From assembly GCA_963708185.1 (NCBI GenBank), contig OY970195.1, positions 736,001-800,000 of the forward strand: a DNA stretch of 64,000 nucleotides, in the 5' to 3' direction. Position 1 is the first letter of the stretch. The number at the start of each line of letters is the position of its first letter. Position numbers and translations under genes: made by a program. The notes below the pieces were generated by a model, which searched no databases, was not told where the DNA came from, and was given only the letters and a program-made list of their open reading frames with translations. The stretch comes from Candidatus Peregrinibacteria bacterium (GTDB taxonomy: Bacteria > Patescibacteriota > Gracilibacteria > UBA1369). Shown here in pieces: positions 47,324 to 56,386 of this stretch.

Positions 47324-48751
47324 CTGATTGAGATCATTATCGTCCCAGCGCGGGTCGGCGGCACCGGTGATATACCAGTTGCTGCCGTTGTCGGCGACGA
47401 TCATGCCATACTTTTTAAGCGTTTCGGCGATAACTCGGGATTCGCCGGTCAAATTTGAAATGTCGTAATCCGCTTTGAGACGGAGCCTGAGTCCCATGGG
47501 CGGAAGGTTCGGATCCGTGGAGCTGCTGGCGGCGTGGGTGGCCGGGTGAATGTACCCTTTCTGGCTCTTGCTGACTGTGAAACGGATGGCGTGGTTGACG
47601 GAGCCGGCAGCGACTTCATCGAAGCGGACGAGTCCGGCAAACACGGGCAGGCCCGCAGCGTCCGCGGAGGTCCAGCCGTCGGGACGGAGCGTGTCGGTGA
47701 GCAGATCGAACGTTGCCGCTGAACCGGCGTTCCAGCCTCCCTGAACTTTTTGCGCTGACCAGAGTTCGTAGAGTTTGCAGTTGTCCTGGTCTACCACGAG
47801 CACGTGGGCGTCGCTGCCGTTTTCGATTTTGGCGTTGTCGGGAATCGGATACGGTCCCGGGTCGCTTTCGTCAGCGTAATCGATGGTGAGCAGCGGCACC
47901 AGAGGCTGATCTTTGCCGACCACATTGTAAGGAATTCCATACTCCCCGTTTCCTCCAAAATCAGGATGAAGATGTCCGCTTGCCCCGATGCTTGCGATGT
48001 AGCTGTCTGAATTCGGATCGACGGGGTAGCCAGAGATATCGGTATTCCACGGATTGTCGGCCGGGAACACCGGGCAGTTGCCGATCATGGGGGCGGATCC
48101 GGATGCCGTGACCGTCGTTCCGCCGAGTTTGGCGTAATCCATGGAATCTTTATAAGTGATGCCGGCTTTGAGACGGTAGATCATTTCGACCATTTCGCCG
48201 CGCGTTATTTTCTGGTCGAAGCCGGTGATGGTCGTTGGAATGGCGTTGAGGCCCGCGAGAGTGTCGACGTACGGCTTGTACCAGACCGCTCCGGGTGAAG
48301 TCTGGTAGCCGAATCCGTTGACGATGACTTTGGCGGCTTCGGCAAAATTGATGTCATTTGCGGGCTGGAAGGTTCCGTCGGGATAACCTGAAATAATGCC
48401 GGAAGCGTACGCCTTGCGCAGATAGGGAATGTACCACTGGCCTGATTCAACATCATTGAACGGCACGCTCATCAACGAATAGATATCGAAGTTTGACGGA
48501 TCCTTCGAGGGATCGTATCCGCTTATTGCTCCGACGATGATTTTGGTGAACTCGGCACGGTTGACGTTGTTCTGCGCTTTGAAGGTTCCGTCGGGATAGC
48601 CGCTGACAATGTTGTTGTTCTGGGCGAAGACGATGGCGTCGTAGTCGGGGTCGGACGAGGTCACGTCGGTGAAAGCGGCGAATACGGGTTGTGCCAGAGC
48701 AAGTGTTATCGCAGCTACGGCAATGGCAGCGTTGAGAAATTTTGATTTCAT
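47264..48751 (-). CDS. S-layer homology (SLH) domain protein with uncharacterised C-terminal domain
   Basis: Signal peptide; FTDV, GYPDGTF, NRAE/TRGE SLH repeats; C-terminal FPADNPWN, WTSADAAGLP, YGMIVADNG. Confidence 0.85.
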   Translation of the reverse strand: MKSKFLNAAIAVAAITLALAQPVFAAFTDVTSSDPDYDAIVFAQNNNIVSGYPDGTFKAQNNVNRAEFTKIIVGAISGYDPSKDPSNFDIYSLMSVPFNDVESGQWYIPYLRKAYASGIISGYPDGTFQPANDINFAEAAKVIVNGFGYQTSPGAVWYKPYVDTLAGLNAIPTTITGFDQKITRGEMVEMIYRLKAGITYKDSMDYAKLGGTTVTASGSAPMIGNCPVFPADNPWNTDISGYPVDPNSDSYIASIGASGHLHPDFGGNGEYGIPYNVVGKDQPLVPLLTIDYADESDPGPYPIPDNAKIENGSDAHVLVVDQDNCKLYELWSAQKVQGGWNAGSAATFDLLTDTLRPDGWTSADAAGLPVFAGLVRFDEVAAGSVNHAIRFTVSKSQKGYIHPATHAASSSTDPNLPPMGLRLRLKADYDISNLTGESRVIAETLKKYGMIVADNGSNWYITGAADPRWDDNDLNQLKAVPGSAFEVVQNGPILH

Positions 48752-48770
48752 GTGAGAAAAAAAATAAAAT

Positions 48771-50654
48771 TTAAGACAGGTTGATCGTCAGTTTTCCATG
48801 CAGGATGTCCTGGCGTTCGGCTTCACTTTCGTAGTCGCCGTAGGTGACGAAACGCTGCAAAAAAGCAGCGCGTTCATCCGGGTTCATCATGCGGATCTGA
48901 CTGTGATCGATTTTTACGGGCAGGAAATAGATCTGCAACTGGTCATTGCTGACGATGATCGCAGTACTCAGACCCTCCTGGGTGTCCGGAGAAAAATACT
49001 GGTCGAACACCGCATTCCCGAGCGAATAAAAAATGGGGCGATTCTTGTACGTTTCAAAGGTTTCCACCACGTGGGGGTGACATCCGATGACTGCCACGGC
49101 TCCGGCGTCGATGAATTCATGGGCCAACTGCTGCTGACGGGCGTTTGGTTTGTGCTGGTACTCAATGCCCCAGTGCATGAAAGGAATAACTTTGTAGCCT
49201 TGTGCAGTGAGCTCCTTGATTTTGGCGACGGCTTTGGCGTCGTCAATTTTGTAGACCACCTCTTCAAGCCCGAGGAAAACGATTTTTTGGCCGCCTGAGC
49301 TTTGACCTTGAACATCGAAAGTTGCCACGCTGCGGTCGTCGATCTGTCGCGGATCGCCAAAGGCTTGTATTCCCGTGGGCGCAAGGAGATCAAAGGTATC
49401 GTTAAAGCCGGATACTCCCATATCCATGGCGTGATTGTTGGCCTGGCTCAATGCGTCAAAAAAATACTTTTTCAACAGGGGCACGATATCGGGATTGAAA
49501 CGGAAGGCGATGCTCTTGCTTGTTAACGCTCTTTTTTTGGCGATGGGACCTTCCAGATTGGCCACCAGGATGTCGTTGCTCTTCATATAGGTGAGATCCA
49601 TGTTTTCGAACGGATAGTCCATGGAATGGCTGTCCATAAGGCTGCGTACCAGCCTGTCGAACATGAAATCCCCGAACGCCACGACAAAAGCGCTGCGGGT
49701 CTGCACGACCGATCCGTCCATGGAAAGGTCGATGAAACTTCCCGTTTGCGGATCCATGAACTGGTTGATGAAACGCTGGGCTTTCCTTTTGAAAAGATAT
49801 CTTTCCAGGACGTCGACGCTTACGGTGTCGTTGAGCGGGAGCGTGTCGTATTTGGAGCTGTCGAAGTTTTCCAGAACGTCTTCGGTGAACTTCAGCTGAA
49901 AATCTGCGATGGTCGGGTCTACGGACGTTTTTGGAACGGTCTGGGCGATGACCAGCGTGTCTTCAGGCAGTGAGACGGTGAGCCATTCCGCCAATTTTTC
50001 GTCATCGGCGGCCGTGGCGTCGCTGCTTATAAAAACGGGAAGAAAGGTCGCGTCGGGAAAACTTCTGGCGACAAAAGGGGCCACGATACCCGGCCAGGCT
50101 TCCCTTTCCGCGACTTTGGCAGTGGTGGCATCATTGGCAAAGATTTGAGCGGCGGCGGCTTTTTGAAGAACGTCTTCCGGTGGCGAGAGCAGGCCAAAAG
50201 GTGTTTTATAGGCGTCGTTACCGACGGCAGCCGACGGAGGGAAATTATCTGTCTGACCTTGATCGATATTTGGATCGATATTGGCCGATTCCAACACGAC
50301 GATCGTTGAATAATGCTGGTTCTGGACAAGGCTCTGGAAAAATCCGGCGATCTCTTCCTTGTTCTTGAGATTCGCTCCAAGGATCGCTCCCCTTACGGGG
50401 TTTTCACGAGGGAAATAGGTTTTTGCCTTATCGTACGCTTCATCGTACAAAGGTTTCTGCCCGGGCATGGACTGGAGAATTTGCGGAGGCTGGTGGTTCG
50501 ACTGTCCGTTTAACCGGGTCAGCCCTTCTCCGGTATCCAGCGCGTTTGTTCCCAACAGATCGGCATTGAGGGAGTTTTGGTTTGAAGCGCATCCGGACAG
50601 GATCAGCACGAGCAAGCCGAAAGCCAAAACTTTTGATGGAATGTTTTTGAACAA
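48771..50654 (-). CDS. Lipoprotein: degenerate Memo-like domain fused to CapA-family metallophosphoesterase
   Basis: LSGC lipobox; YKTPFG, PFVARSFPDA; CapA motifs GDFM, NLE, ANNHAMD, HWG.EY, HPHV, YSLGN. Confidence 0.8.
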   Translation of the reverse strand: MFKNIPSKVLAFGLLVLILSGCASNQNSLNADLLGTNALDTGEGLTRLNGQSNHQPPQILQSMPGQKPLYDEAYDKAKTYFPRENPVRGAILGANLKNKEEIAGFFQSLVQNQHYSTIVVLESANIDPNIDQGQTDNFPPSAAVGNDAYKTPFGLLSPPEDVLQKAAAAQIFANDATTAKVAEREAWPGIVAPFVARSFPDATFLPVFISSDATAADDEKLAEWLTVSLPEDTLVIAQTVPKTSVDPTIADFQLKFTEDVLENFDSSKYDTLPLNDTVSVDVLERYLFKRKAQRFINQFMDPQTGSFIDLSMDGSVVQTRSAFVVAFGDFMFDRLVRSLMDSHSMDYPFENMDLTYMKSNDILVANLEGPIAKKRALTSKSIAFRFNPDIVPLLKKYFFDALSQANNHAMDMGVSGFNDTFDLLAPTGIQAFGDPRQIDDRSVATFDVQGQSSGGQKIVFLGLEEVVYKIDDAKAVAKIKELTAQGYKVIPFMHWGIEYQHKPNARQQQLAHEFIDAGAVAVIGCHPHVVETFETYKNRPIFYSLGNAVFDQYFSPDTQEGLSTAIIVSNDQLQIYFLPVKIDHSQIRMMNPDERAAFLQRFVTYGDYESEAERQDILHGKLTINLS

Positions 50655-50690
50655 GGCACTTGAGAGTTTATGTGGACATCATTGTATCAC

Positions 50691-50720
50691 AAAAAGCGGT
50701 CCCAGGCCTGGGACCGCTTT
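50691..50720 (-). terminator. Intrinsic terminator
   Basis: AAAGCGGTCCCAGGCCTGGGACCGCTTT perfect inverted repeat with T tail on minus strand. Confidence 0.8.
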
Positions 50721-50784
50721 CGTTTTTCTCAAGTATGCTCACACCAGCTTTGATGGCGGGCGGAATTGATAAGGTTCCGCTTCC

Positions 50785-51849
50785 TTATTGAGTGATCTTG
50801 GTATCCCATTTTTCAATGGTCTTCGCAATGATCTTTGCTGCTTCAGCGCGGGTGATCGGGCGGTTTGGATCGAAGTTCCCGTTGCCGATACCCTGGACAA
50901 CGCCGAGTTGGTGAGCCTGTTCGATCCATCCGGTGCTCCATCCGCTGACGTCATTGAAGAATGACTTGCTGACAGAGAGCGGTCCGTAACCGTAAGCGGC
51001 AAGAATGACCTTGGTCGCTTCGGCGCGGGTGATGGACTGGTTCGGGGCAAACGTGGTTGAACTGTAGCCCTGGACAATGTGGCGATCCCATGCCGGGCGG
51101 ATCCAAGATCCCTGCCACATATCGAGGTCCATAAACGGACTTCCGCAGTCTGCATCGTAGCAGCCGGGATTTGGCTGAATACCTGCAGCGTAGAGTGCCA
51201 TCTTGGTCAATTCGGCGCGGGTAATACTCTGATCCGGGCGGAATGATCCATCCTGGTAGCCTTCGAGGATACAAAGATCATAAAGGCGGCGGATGTAGAT
51301 TTCTGCCCAGTGACCGTCAATATCGCTCGGATAGAGGTGGTCGTTGCAGAGGCTGTGACCAGGTTGGCTTGGAACGGTCTGCGGAGTTTCCTTCTCGCAA
51401 GGAGAATAGATGTCGCAAACGACTCCTGCCGGAGGCTGGTTGGCCGGATTTACGGTGCCTGTTCCTCCGTTGCTTCCGTCGCAAGGGCTGTAGACATCAC
51501 AATAGTGACTGCCAACAGGGTTGGTCTGATGGGTGGCGGAACCATCGGTGTTTCCGGTGGAGCCGTTTGACCCGTTGTTACAACCTGTGCCGTAAACGGC
51601 GCAAGGGTCGTTGACCGGGTTGGTGGTGTTACCGGTAGAACCGGTATTGCCGGTGTTCCCGTTGACATTGCCGCATCCGTAGATGTCGCAATATTGAGTA
51701 GTGTTGACGGGATTGGTTTGGTTCGTGGACGAGCCACTTGAACCGCTGGACGAATCCGTCGTCGCCCATGCCCCCGCAATGGAGACTTGCGTCATCAGGG
51801 CCGTACTAAGGGCCGCGATGGCAACGATTCTCTTGAGCTGTGTAAGCAT
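50785..51849 (-). CDS. SLH-domain surface protein with Cys-loop repeats
   Basis: Signal peptide; three SLH repeats (DIDGHWA, FRPDQSITRAE, FAPNQSITRAE, FDPNRPITRAE). Confidence 0.85.
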   Translation of the reverse strand: MLTQLKRIVAIAALSTALMTQVSIAGAWATTDSSSGSSGSSTNQTNPVNTTQYCDIYGCGNVNGNTGNTGSTGNTTNPVNDPCAVYGTGCNNGSNGSTGNTDGSATHQTNPVGSHYCDVYSPCDGSNGGTGTVNPANQPPAGVVCDIYSPCEKETPQTVPSQPGHSLCNDHLYPSDIDGHWAEIYIRRLYDLCILEGYQDGSFRPDQSITRAELTKMALYAAGIQPNPGCYDADCGSPFMDLDMWQGSWIRPAWDRHIVQGYSSTTFAPNQSITRAEATKVILAAYGYGPLSVSKSFFNDVSGWSTGWIEQAHQLGVVQGIGNGNFDPNRPITRAEAAKIIAKTIEKWDTKITQ

Positions 51850-51997
51850 AAGAAAAAGAGAAAAAATGTTATAAAGGTAGTGTTTATATCATATACTTTC
51901 TAATATGTCAATACTGTTTCATAAAAAACTTCTTCATTGCCGGTTTAGCTTAACCCACAAGGAAGCGCAATATTACAACTTTTTGGAACTTTATGGC

Positions 51998-52477
51998 TTA
52001 ATAATGGTATTTTTTGCCGCTCAGAATAGTAAATGCCCGGTAGATTTGCTCAAGCAGAATGGTTCGGATCATCTCGTGGGTGAAGGTCATGGGTGAAAAG
52101 GAAAGTTTCAACTGGGCCTTTTTGAGGATCTGGTCGGCCAGGCCGAAGGGGCCTCCGATCATAAAGGTGATGTTTGCGCCCTCAAAATCCTTCTTCTTTT
52201 GGATAAAACCCGCGAACTCTTTGGAGGTCATGGTTTTTCCGTGCTCGTCGAGAGCGATGAGAAAAGTATCTTTTGGGATATGTTTCTGGAGTTCCAGCGC
52301 CTCTTTCTGCTTTGCGACGCTGCGGGTGGATTCGTTCTGGTCGTAGGGGGCCGAAGACTCCTTGATCGTGATGATTTTGAGATCGGCAAAAGGTTTGAGT
52401 CTTTTGATGTACTCCTCTTCCGCTTCCTTGAAGTAGGACTGCTTGGTTTTTCCGATCTGGAGGATGGTGATTTTCAT
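51998..52477 (-). CDS. rlmH: 23S rRNA m3-pseudouridine-1915 methyltransferase
   Basis: ALDEHGK, FMIGGPFG, MTFTHEM, EQIYRA, YH. Confidence 0.96.
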   Translation of the reverse strand: MKITILQIGKTKQSYFKEAEEEYIKRLKPFADLKIITIKESSAPYDQNESTRSVAKQKEALELQKHIPKDTFLIALDEHGKTMTSKEFAGFIQKKKDFEGANITFMIGGPFGLADQILKKAQLKLSFSPMTFTHEMIRTILLEQIYRAFTILSGKKYHY

Positions 52478-52557
52478 GCGTGCATTGTAGCACAGGCGGT
52501 TGGATTGAGCCCCTGGGCGGGGAGTGCTATACTCGCGTTGTCCCTAACTTTCATATT

Positions 52558-53055
52558 ATGGCTTCTGAATCATCTTTTGACATTGTTTCCGACTTCGACA
52601 TGCAGGAACTGCGTAATGCGGTGGATCAGGTGAAACGTGAAATTCTCACCCGTTACGATTTCAAGGGTGTGAATGCGGAGGTGACGTTGAACGAAGATGA
52701 CATCGTCGTGACGGCCCCTGACTCCATGAAACTCAAAGCCATCCATGACATGCTGCTGCAGAAAGTCGTCAACCGCAAGCTTTCACCGAAAATCCTTGAT
52801 ACGACGAACAAACCCGAAGAGGCTTCCGGAATGACTTTGCGCCAGGTCATCAAACTCGTGAAAGCGCTGAATCAGGATACCTGCAAGCAGATCACCAAAT
52901 TCCTCAAAGAGAAATTCCCGAAGGTAAAAGCTTCCATTCAGGGAGACACCGTGCGGGTTTCATCAAAGAGCAGGGATGAACTGCAGGCAGTCATCGGAGC
53001 CCTGCGGCAGGAAGTCTCGATCAAAGCTCCGTTGAAATTCACCAACTATCGTTAA
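52558..53055 (+). CDS. yajQ: YajQ family nucleotide/c-di-GMP-binding protein
   Basis: SFDIVS, NAVDQ, RYDFKG, IQGDTVRVS.KSRDELQ, FTNYR; promoter TTGAGC-N17-TATACT upstream. Confidence 0.93.
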   Translation: MASESSFDIVSDFDMQELRNAVDQVKREILTRYDFKGVNAEVTLNEDDIVVTAPDSMKLKAIHDMLLQKVVNRKLSPKILDTTNKPEEASGMTLRQVIKLVKALNQDTCKQITKFLKEKFPKVKASIQGDTVRVSSKSRDELQAVIGALRQEVSIKAPLKFTNYR

Positions 53056-53065
53056 TACTTTTCAA

Positions 53066-54535
53066 ATGGCCGGGGTTTCATCAAAAGTACCGGACGGCAT
53101 TGTTCGCAAGGATGATGTTCTTGAGCTTACCATCGAGAGCCTCGCTTTCGGCGGCGAAGGCGTGGCGCGGGTCCAGAGCGGTGAAAAACCGCTGGTGGTT
53201 TTTGTGGAAGACGTGGTTCCGGGCGACGTCGTACTCGTGAAAATCGGCACCAAAAAGAGGAATTTTGCCCGCGGCTTCGTGCAAAAGATTCTCAAGCCTT
53301 CGCCGGACAGGATTCAGCCGAGGTGCCGGCACTTCGGGCCAGCGAATGAAGGCGGCTGCGGGGGCTGCACCTGGCAGTTTTTGAGCGGAGAGAAACAACG
53401 AAGCGTCAAGGAGCAGCAGGTCCGTGATGCCTTAAAGAGAATCGCCGGGGTTGGGGCCGCCAAGGAGGCCGGCGCCCCGGGTGAGGGAGTTAAAAACGTC
53501 GTGCTTCCGATTGTGGGCGGCGCGCCCTGGTACTACCGCAACAAAATGGAATACAGCTTCAGCAGGACTCCGGAAGGAGTTCTTGGTTTGGGACTTCACG
53601 TGAAGCGCCGCCATTATGACGTCATTGAGCTCAAGGAGTGCTTTCTGCTTGAACCTTTTGCCGGCAAACTCGTCAGTTTCGTTCGCGAATTTTTCAAAGA
53701 TTTTGACGCAAACCGGGGCTTTGACCCTGATCTGACGCTCAAATCTTTTACCGTTCGTGTTGGCAAAAATACCGGACAGGCCATGATGATCCTGACCGCT
53801 GAAAACGGTGAAGAAAATTTCACGACGTTGTTCCGGGAAAAGCTGACGGCATTTTGCGGGGAGGAAAAAATACCGCTGCACTCGCTGTACTTTCTCCACA
53901 CCACCAATCGCAAAGGGGAAAGAAACCGCACGGTAGAAAAGCTGCTCCACGGGACAGAAACGATTCAGGAAGAGCTTCAACTCCCCGACGGGAAAAAACT
54001 GCGGTTCGAAATTTCTCCCCTGGCGTTCTTCCAGCCGAACACCAAAATGGCCGAAGTTTTATACGCAAAAACTTTGGAAGCCGCACAGCTGACGGGAAAG
54101 GAAACTGTTTTTGACCTCTATTGCGGCACGGGCACGATCGGCCTTTTCTGCTCATCCAAAGCCGTAAAAGTCTATGGCATCGAAATGACGCCAAGTGCCG
54201 TCGAAAACGCCAAGGCCAACGCCGCGCTCAACGGCATCGGGAATACCGAATTCATGAAGGGTGACGTCCAGGAGATTTTGCCAACGTTCAAGAACGATCC
54301 GGATGTCGTGATCGTCGACCCTCCGCGGAACGGGCTTGCACCGAAAGTTGTTGAGAGCGTGGCTTCCTTCGGAGCGAAAAGGATCGTTTACGTTTCCTGC
54401 AATCCGGCTTCACTAGCGAGAGACTCCGCCCTGTTCATTCAAAAAGGATACCGGCTGGAGTATGTCCAGCCCGTGGACCAGTTTCCCCAAACGTATCACA
54501 TCGAGAACGTGGCTTTGTTCACGAAAATTCATTGA
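53066..54535 (+). CDS. rlmD: 23S rRNA m5U1939 methyltransferase
   Basis: TRAM domain, C...CGGC...C Fe-S motif, YRNK, FFQPN, DLYCGTG, VDPPR, YVSCNP. Confidence 0.92.
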   Translation: MAGVSSKVPDGIVRKDDVLELTIESLAFGGEGVARVQSGEKPLVVFVEDVVPGDVVLVKIGTKKRNFARGFVQKILKPSPDRIQPRCRHFGPANEGGCGGCTWQFLSGEKQRSVKEQQVRDALKRIAGVGAAKEAGAPGEGVKNVVLPIVGGAPWYYRNKMEYSFSRTPEGVLGLGLHVKRRHYDVIELKECFLLEPFAGKLVSFVREFFKDFDANRGFDPDLTLKSFTVRVGKNTGQAMMILTAENGEENFTTLFREKLTAFCGEEKIPLHSLYFLHTTNRKGERNRTVEKLLHGTETIQEELQLPDGKKLRFEISPLAFFQPNTKMAEVLYAKTLEAAQLTGKETVFDLYCGTGTIGLFCSSKAVKVYGIEMTPSAVENAKANAALNGIGNTEFMKGDVQEILPTFKNDPDVVIVDPPRNGLAPKVVESVASFGAKRIVYVSCNPASLARDSALFIQKGYRLEYVQPVDQFPQTYHIENVALFTKIH

Positions 54536-54540
54536 TACAA

Positions 54541-54570
54541 AAAAGAGCCCCGGTTCGCGGAGCCCTTTTT
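54541..54570. terminator. Probable bidirectional terminator
   Basis: AAAAGAGCCCCG...CGGAGCCCTTTTT imperfect hairpin between convergent genes. Confidence 0.5.
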
Positions 54571-54591
54571 AATTTCAGAACGATTATCCTT

Positions 54592-54864
54592 CTATCTTCG
54601 TTTGAAGTTCTCAGGCAGTTTTGAACCTTTGACGAGTGCTGCAAACGCGCCGAGCATGATGTAGAAGAACACCAATGTTGCGAGTTTGTTGAGGAGGATA
54701 TAGTACGAAACGATGCCTCCGGTGACATCAAAAAGCGGTAACGGCGCTTTGCCGAAGAACGCCCAGATGTACATGGCGATGTTGAGTAAAAAGGTGAGAA
54801 TGAGCAGCCATCCGACGATGGTGCACAAACCCATCATGAGCTTTTTGTTGAAAAGCATAAACAA
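54592..54864 (-). CDS. Small two-TM membrane protein
   Basis: Two hydrophobic segments, basic C-terminus. Confidence 0.55.
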   Translation of the reverse strand: MFMLFNKKLMMGLCTIVGWLLILTFLLNIAMYIWAFFGKAPLPLFDVTGGIVSYYILLNKLATLVFFYIMLGAFAALVKGSKLPENFKRR

Positions 54865-54948
54865 GTAAGGTTAAAAAATATTTGTTTTCTGACTGTGAAT
54901 TATAGAAGATGAGCCCAGGTTTGGCAAATATCGACGCGAATATTGGTA

Positions 54949-56307
54949 TTATTTTTTTGCGGGCTTTTTCTTTTCACCGTTGATTGCTGCAATTTCTTTC
55001 TTGATGGTTTTCAACCATTCCAGCGCCGCTTTTTTGGTTTTGAGTTCTCCGCCGAGCTGTTTTTCACGGACCTTCTGGAGGACGAAGCCGATCTTTTTCC
55101 CGGGCTTGAGCTTGAGCGCTTTCATGACGTCGTCACCGTCGATGAGCGGCATGGGAAGCACCGGCGTGCTGCTGATGTCTTTGTGATACAACTGCGCGAT
55201 CTTGTCGATGACTTCGGTGTGCGGCGGCGTCGTGCCGCGAGCGTCCGCGTAGAAAAGTTCGAGCAGGTTTTTGAAATAGAGTTTGTGGAACCACACCAGC
55301 CGCCGCCCTTTGGGCATCGTGAGCAAGGGCATGACCATCATGTGGTGCTCAATAAGCCAGCCGACCTCTTCGATCATTCTTCGGTCAAAACGGAGACGGT
55401 TTAGAATCCGGTACGCGATGTCGCGGGATTCGCGGTCGTGGGTATCAAATCGGATTCTTTCGGCAAGTTTAAATGTTTCAGGTTTGCCAACATCGTGGAG
55501 CAGTGTGGCCCAGCGCAGGGCCAGCGGCGCATCTTCGGGCAATGCTTTAAGCGAATCCATGGCGTGAGTCCAGACGTCCCCTTCCTTGTGGTATTTATAC
55601 GGCTGGGCCACGCCTTTCATTTTCTGGATCTCGGGCAGGATAATCTTGAGGATGCCGGTGTCTTCCATATCCTGAAACGCGTTCACGGCAAAGGGACTGA
55701 TGATAATTTTATTAAGTTCATCCCGGATGCGTTCGTTGGAGACTTTATCTATAAGCACCGAAGCGTGTTTGACGATGGCTTCATAAGTTTCGGGTTCGTA
55801 TTGAAAATCGAGCGTGTTCTTGAGACGGATGGCTCTGAGGATTCTCAAATGATCTTCCATGATGCGCTCCGATGGCTTGCCGATAAAGCGGATCAAACGG
55901 GCTTCCAGGTCTTTCTGCCCGCCCACGTAATCGAGGACTTTGTCTTTGAGCGGATCGTAAAACATGCCGTTGATGGTGAAATCGCGGCGTTTGGCGTCTT
56001 CCTTGGCGTTGGTAAAAATGACGGCGTCGGGGCGGCGGCCGTCGGTATAACCGGCATCCGAACGAAAAGTGGCGACCTCGAAATGATGGCCATTTGATAT
56101 GGCAAGTATGACCCCGAACTCCTTGCCGATGGGGATGGTGTGGTCGAGGGTGGCTTCGATTTCTTCCGGTTTGGCGCTGGTGACAATGTCGAAATCCTTG
56201 GGCTTGATACCCAGGAGCATGTCGCGGACGCAGCCGCCGGCCCAATACGCTTCGTAGCCCGCTTTCCTGAGCTTCTCGATGATCTGAATGGAAGTGAGCT
56301 GCATCAT
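54949..56307 (-). CDS. cca: CCA-type tRNA nucleotidyltransferase with HD domain
   Basis: GGCVRD, DFDIVT, RRDFTIN, EDHLRILR, LHDVGKP. Confidence 0.88.
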   Translation of the reverse strand: MMQLTSIQIIEKLRKAGYEAYWAGGCVRDMLLGIKPKDFDIVTSAKPEEIEATLDHTIPIGKEFGVILAISNGHHFEVATFRSDAGYTDGRRPDAVIFTNAKEDAKRRDFTINGMFYDPLKDKVLDYVGGQKDLEARLIRFIGKPSERIMEDHLRILRAIRLKNTLDFQYEPETYEAIVKHASVLIDKVSNERIRDELNKIIISPFAVNAFQDMEDTGILKIILPEIQKMKGVAQPYKYHKEGDVWTHAMDSLKALPEDAPLALRWATLLHDVGKPETFKLAERIRFDTHDRESRDIAYRILNRLRFDRRMIEEVGWLIEHHMMVMPLLTMPKGRRLVWFHKLYFKNLLELFYADARGTTPPHTEVIDKIAQLYHKDISSTPVLPMPLIDGDDVMKALKLKPGKKIGFVLQKVREKQLGGELKTKKAALEWLKTIKKEIAAINGEKKKPAKK

Positions 56308-56337
56308 GCTTGTATTGTAGCATTGAACAGGGATAAC

Positions 56338-56369
56338 AAAAACCGCCGAAGAAGTCTTCAGCGGTCTTC
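56338..56369 (-). terminator. Intrinsic terminator after MFS gene
   Basis: Minus strand GACCGCTGAAGA-CT-TCTTCGGCGGT followed by TTTT. Confidence 0.7.
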
Positions 56370-56386
56370 AAACTCTTGTTTCGTTT

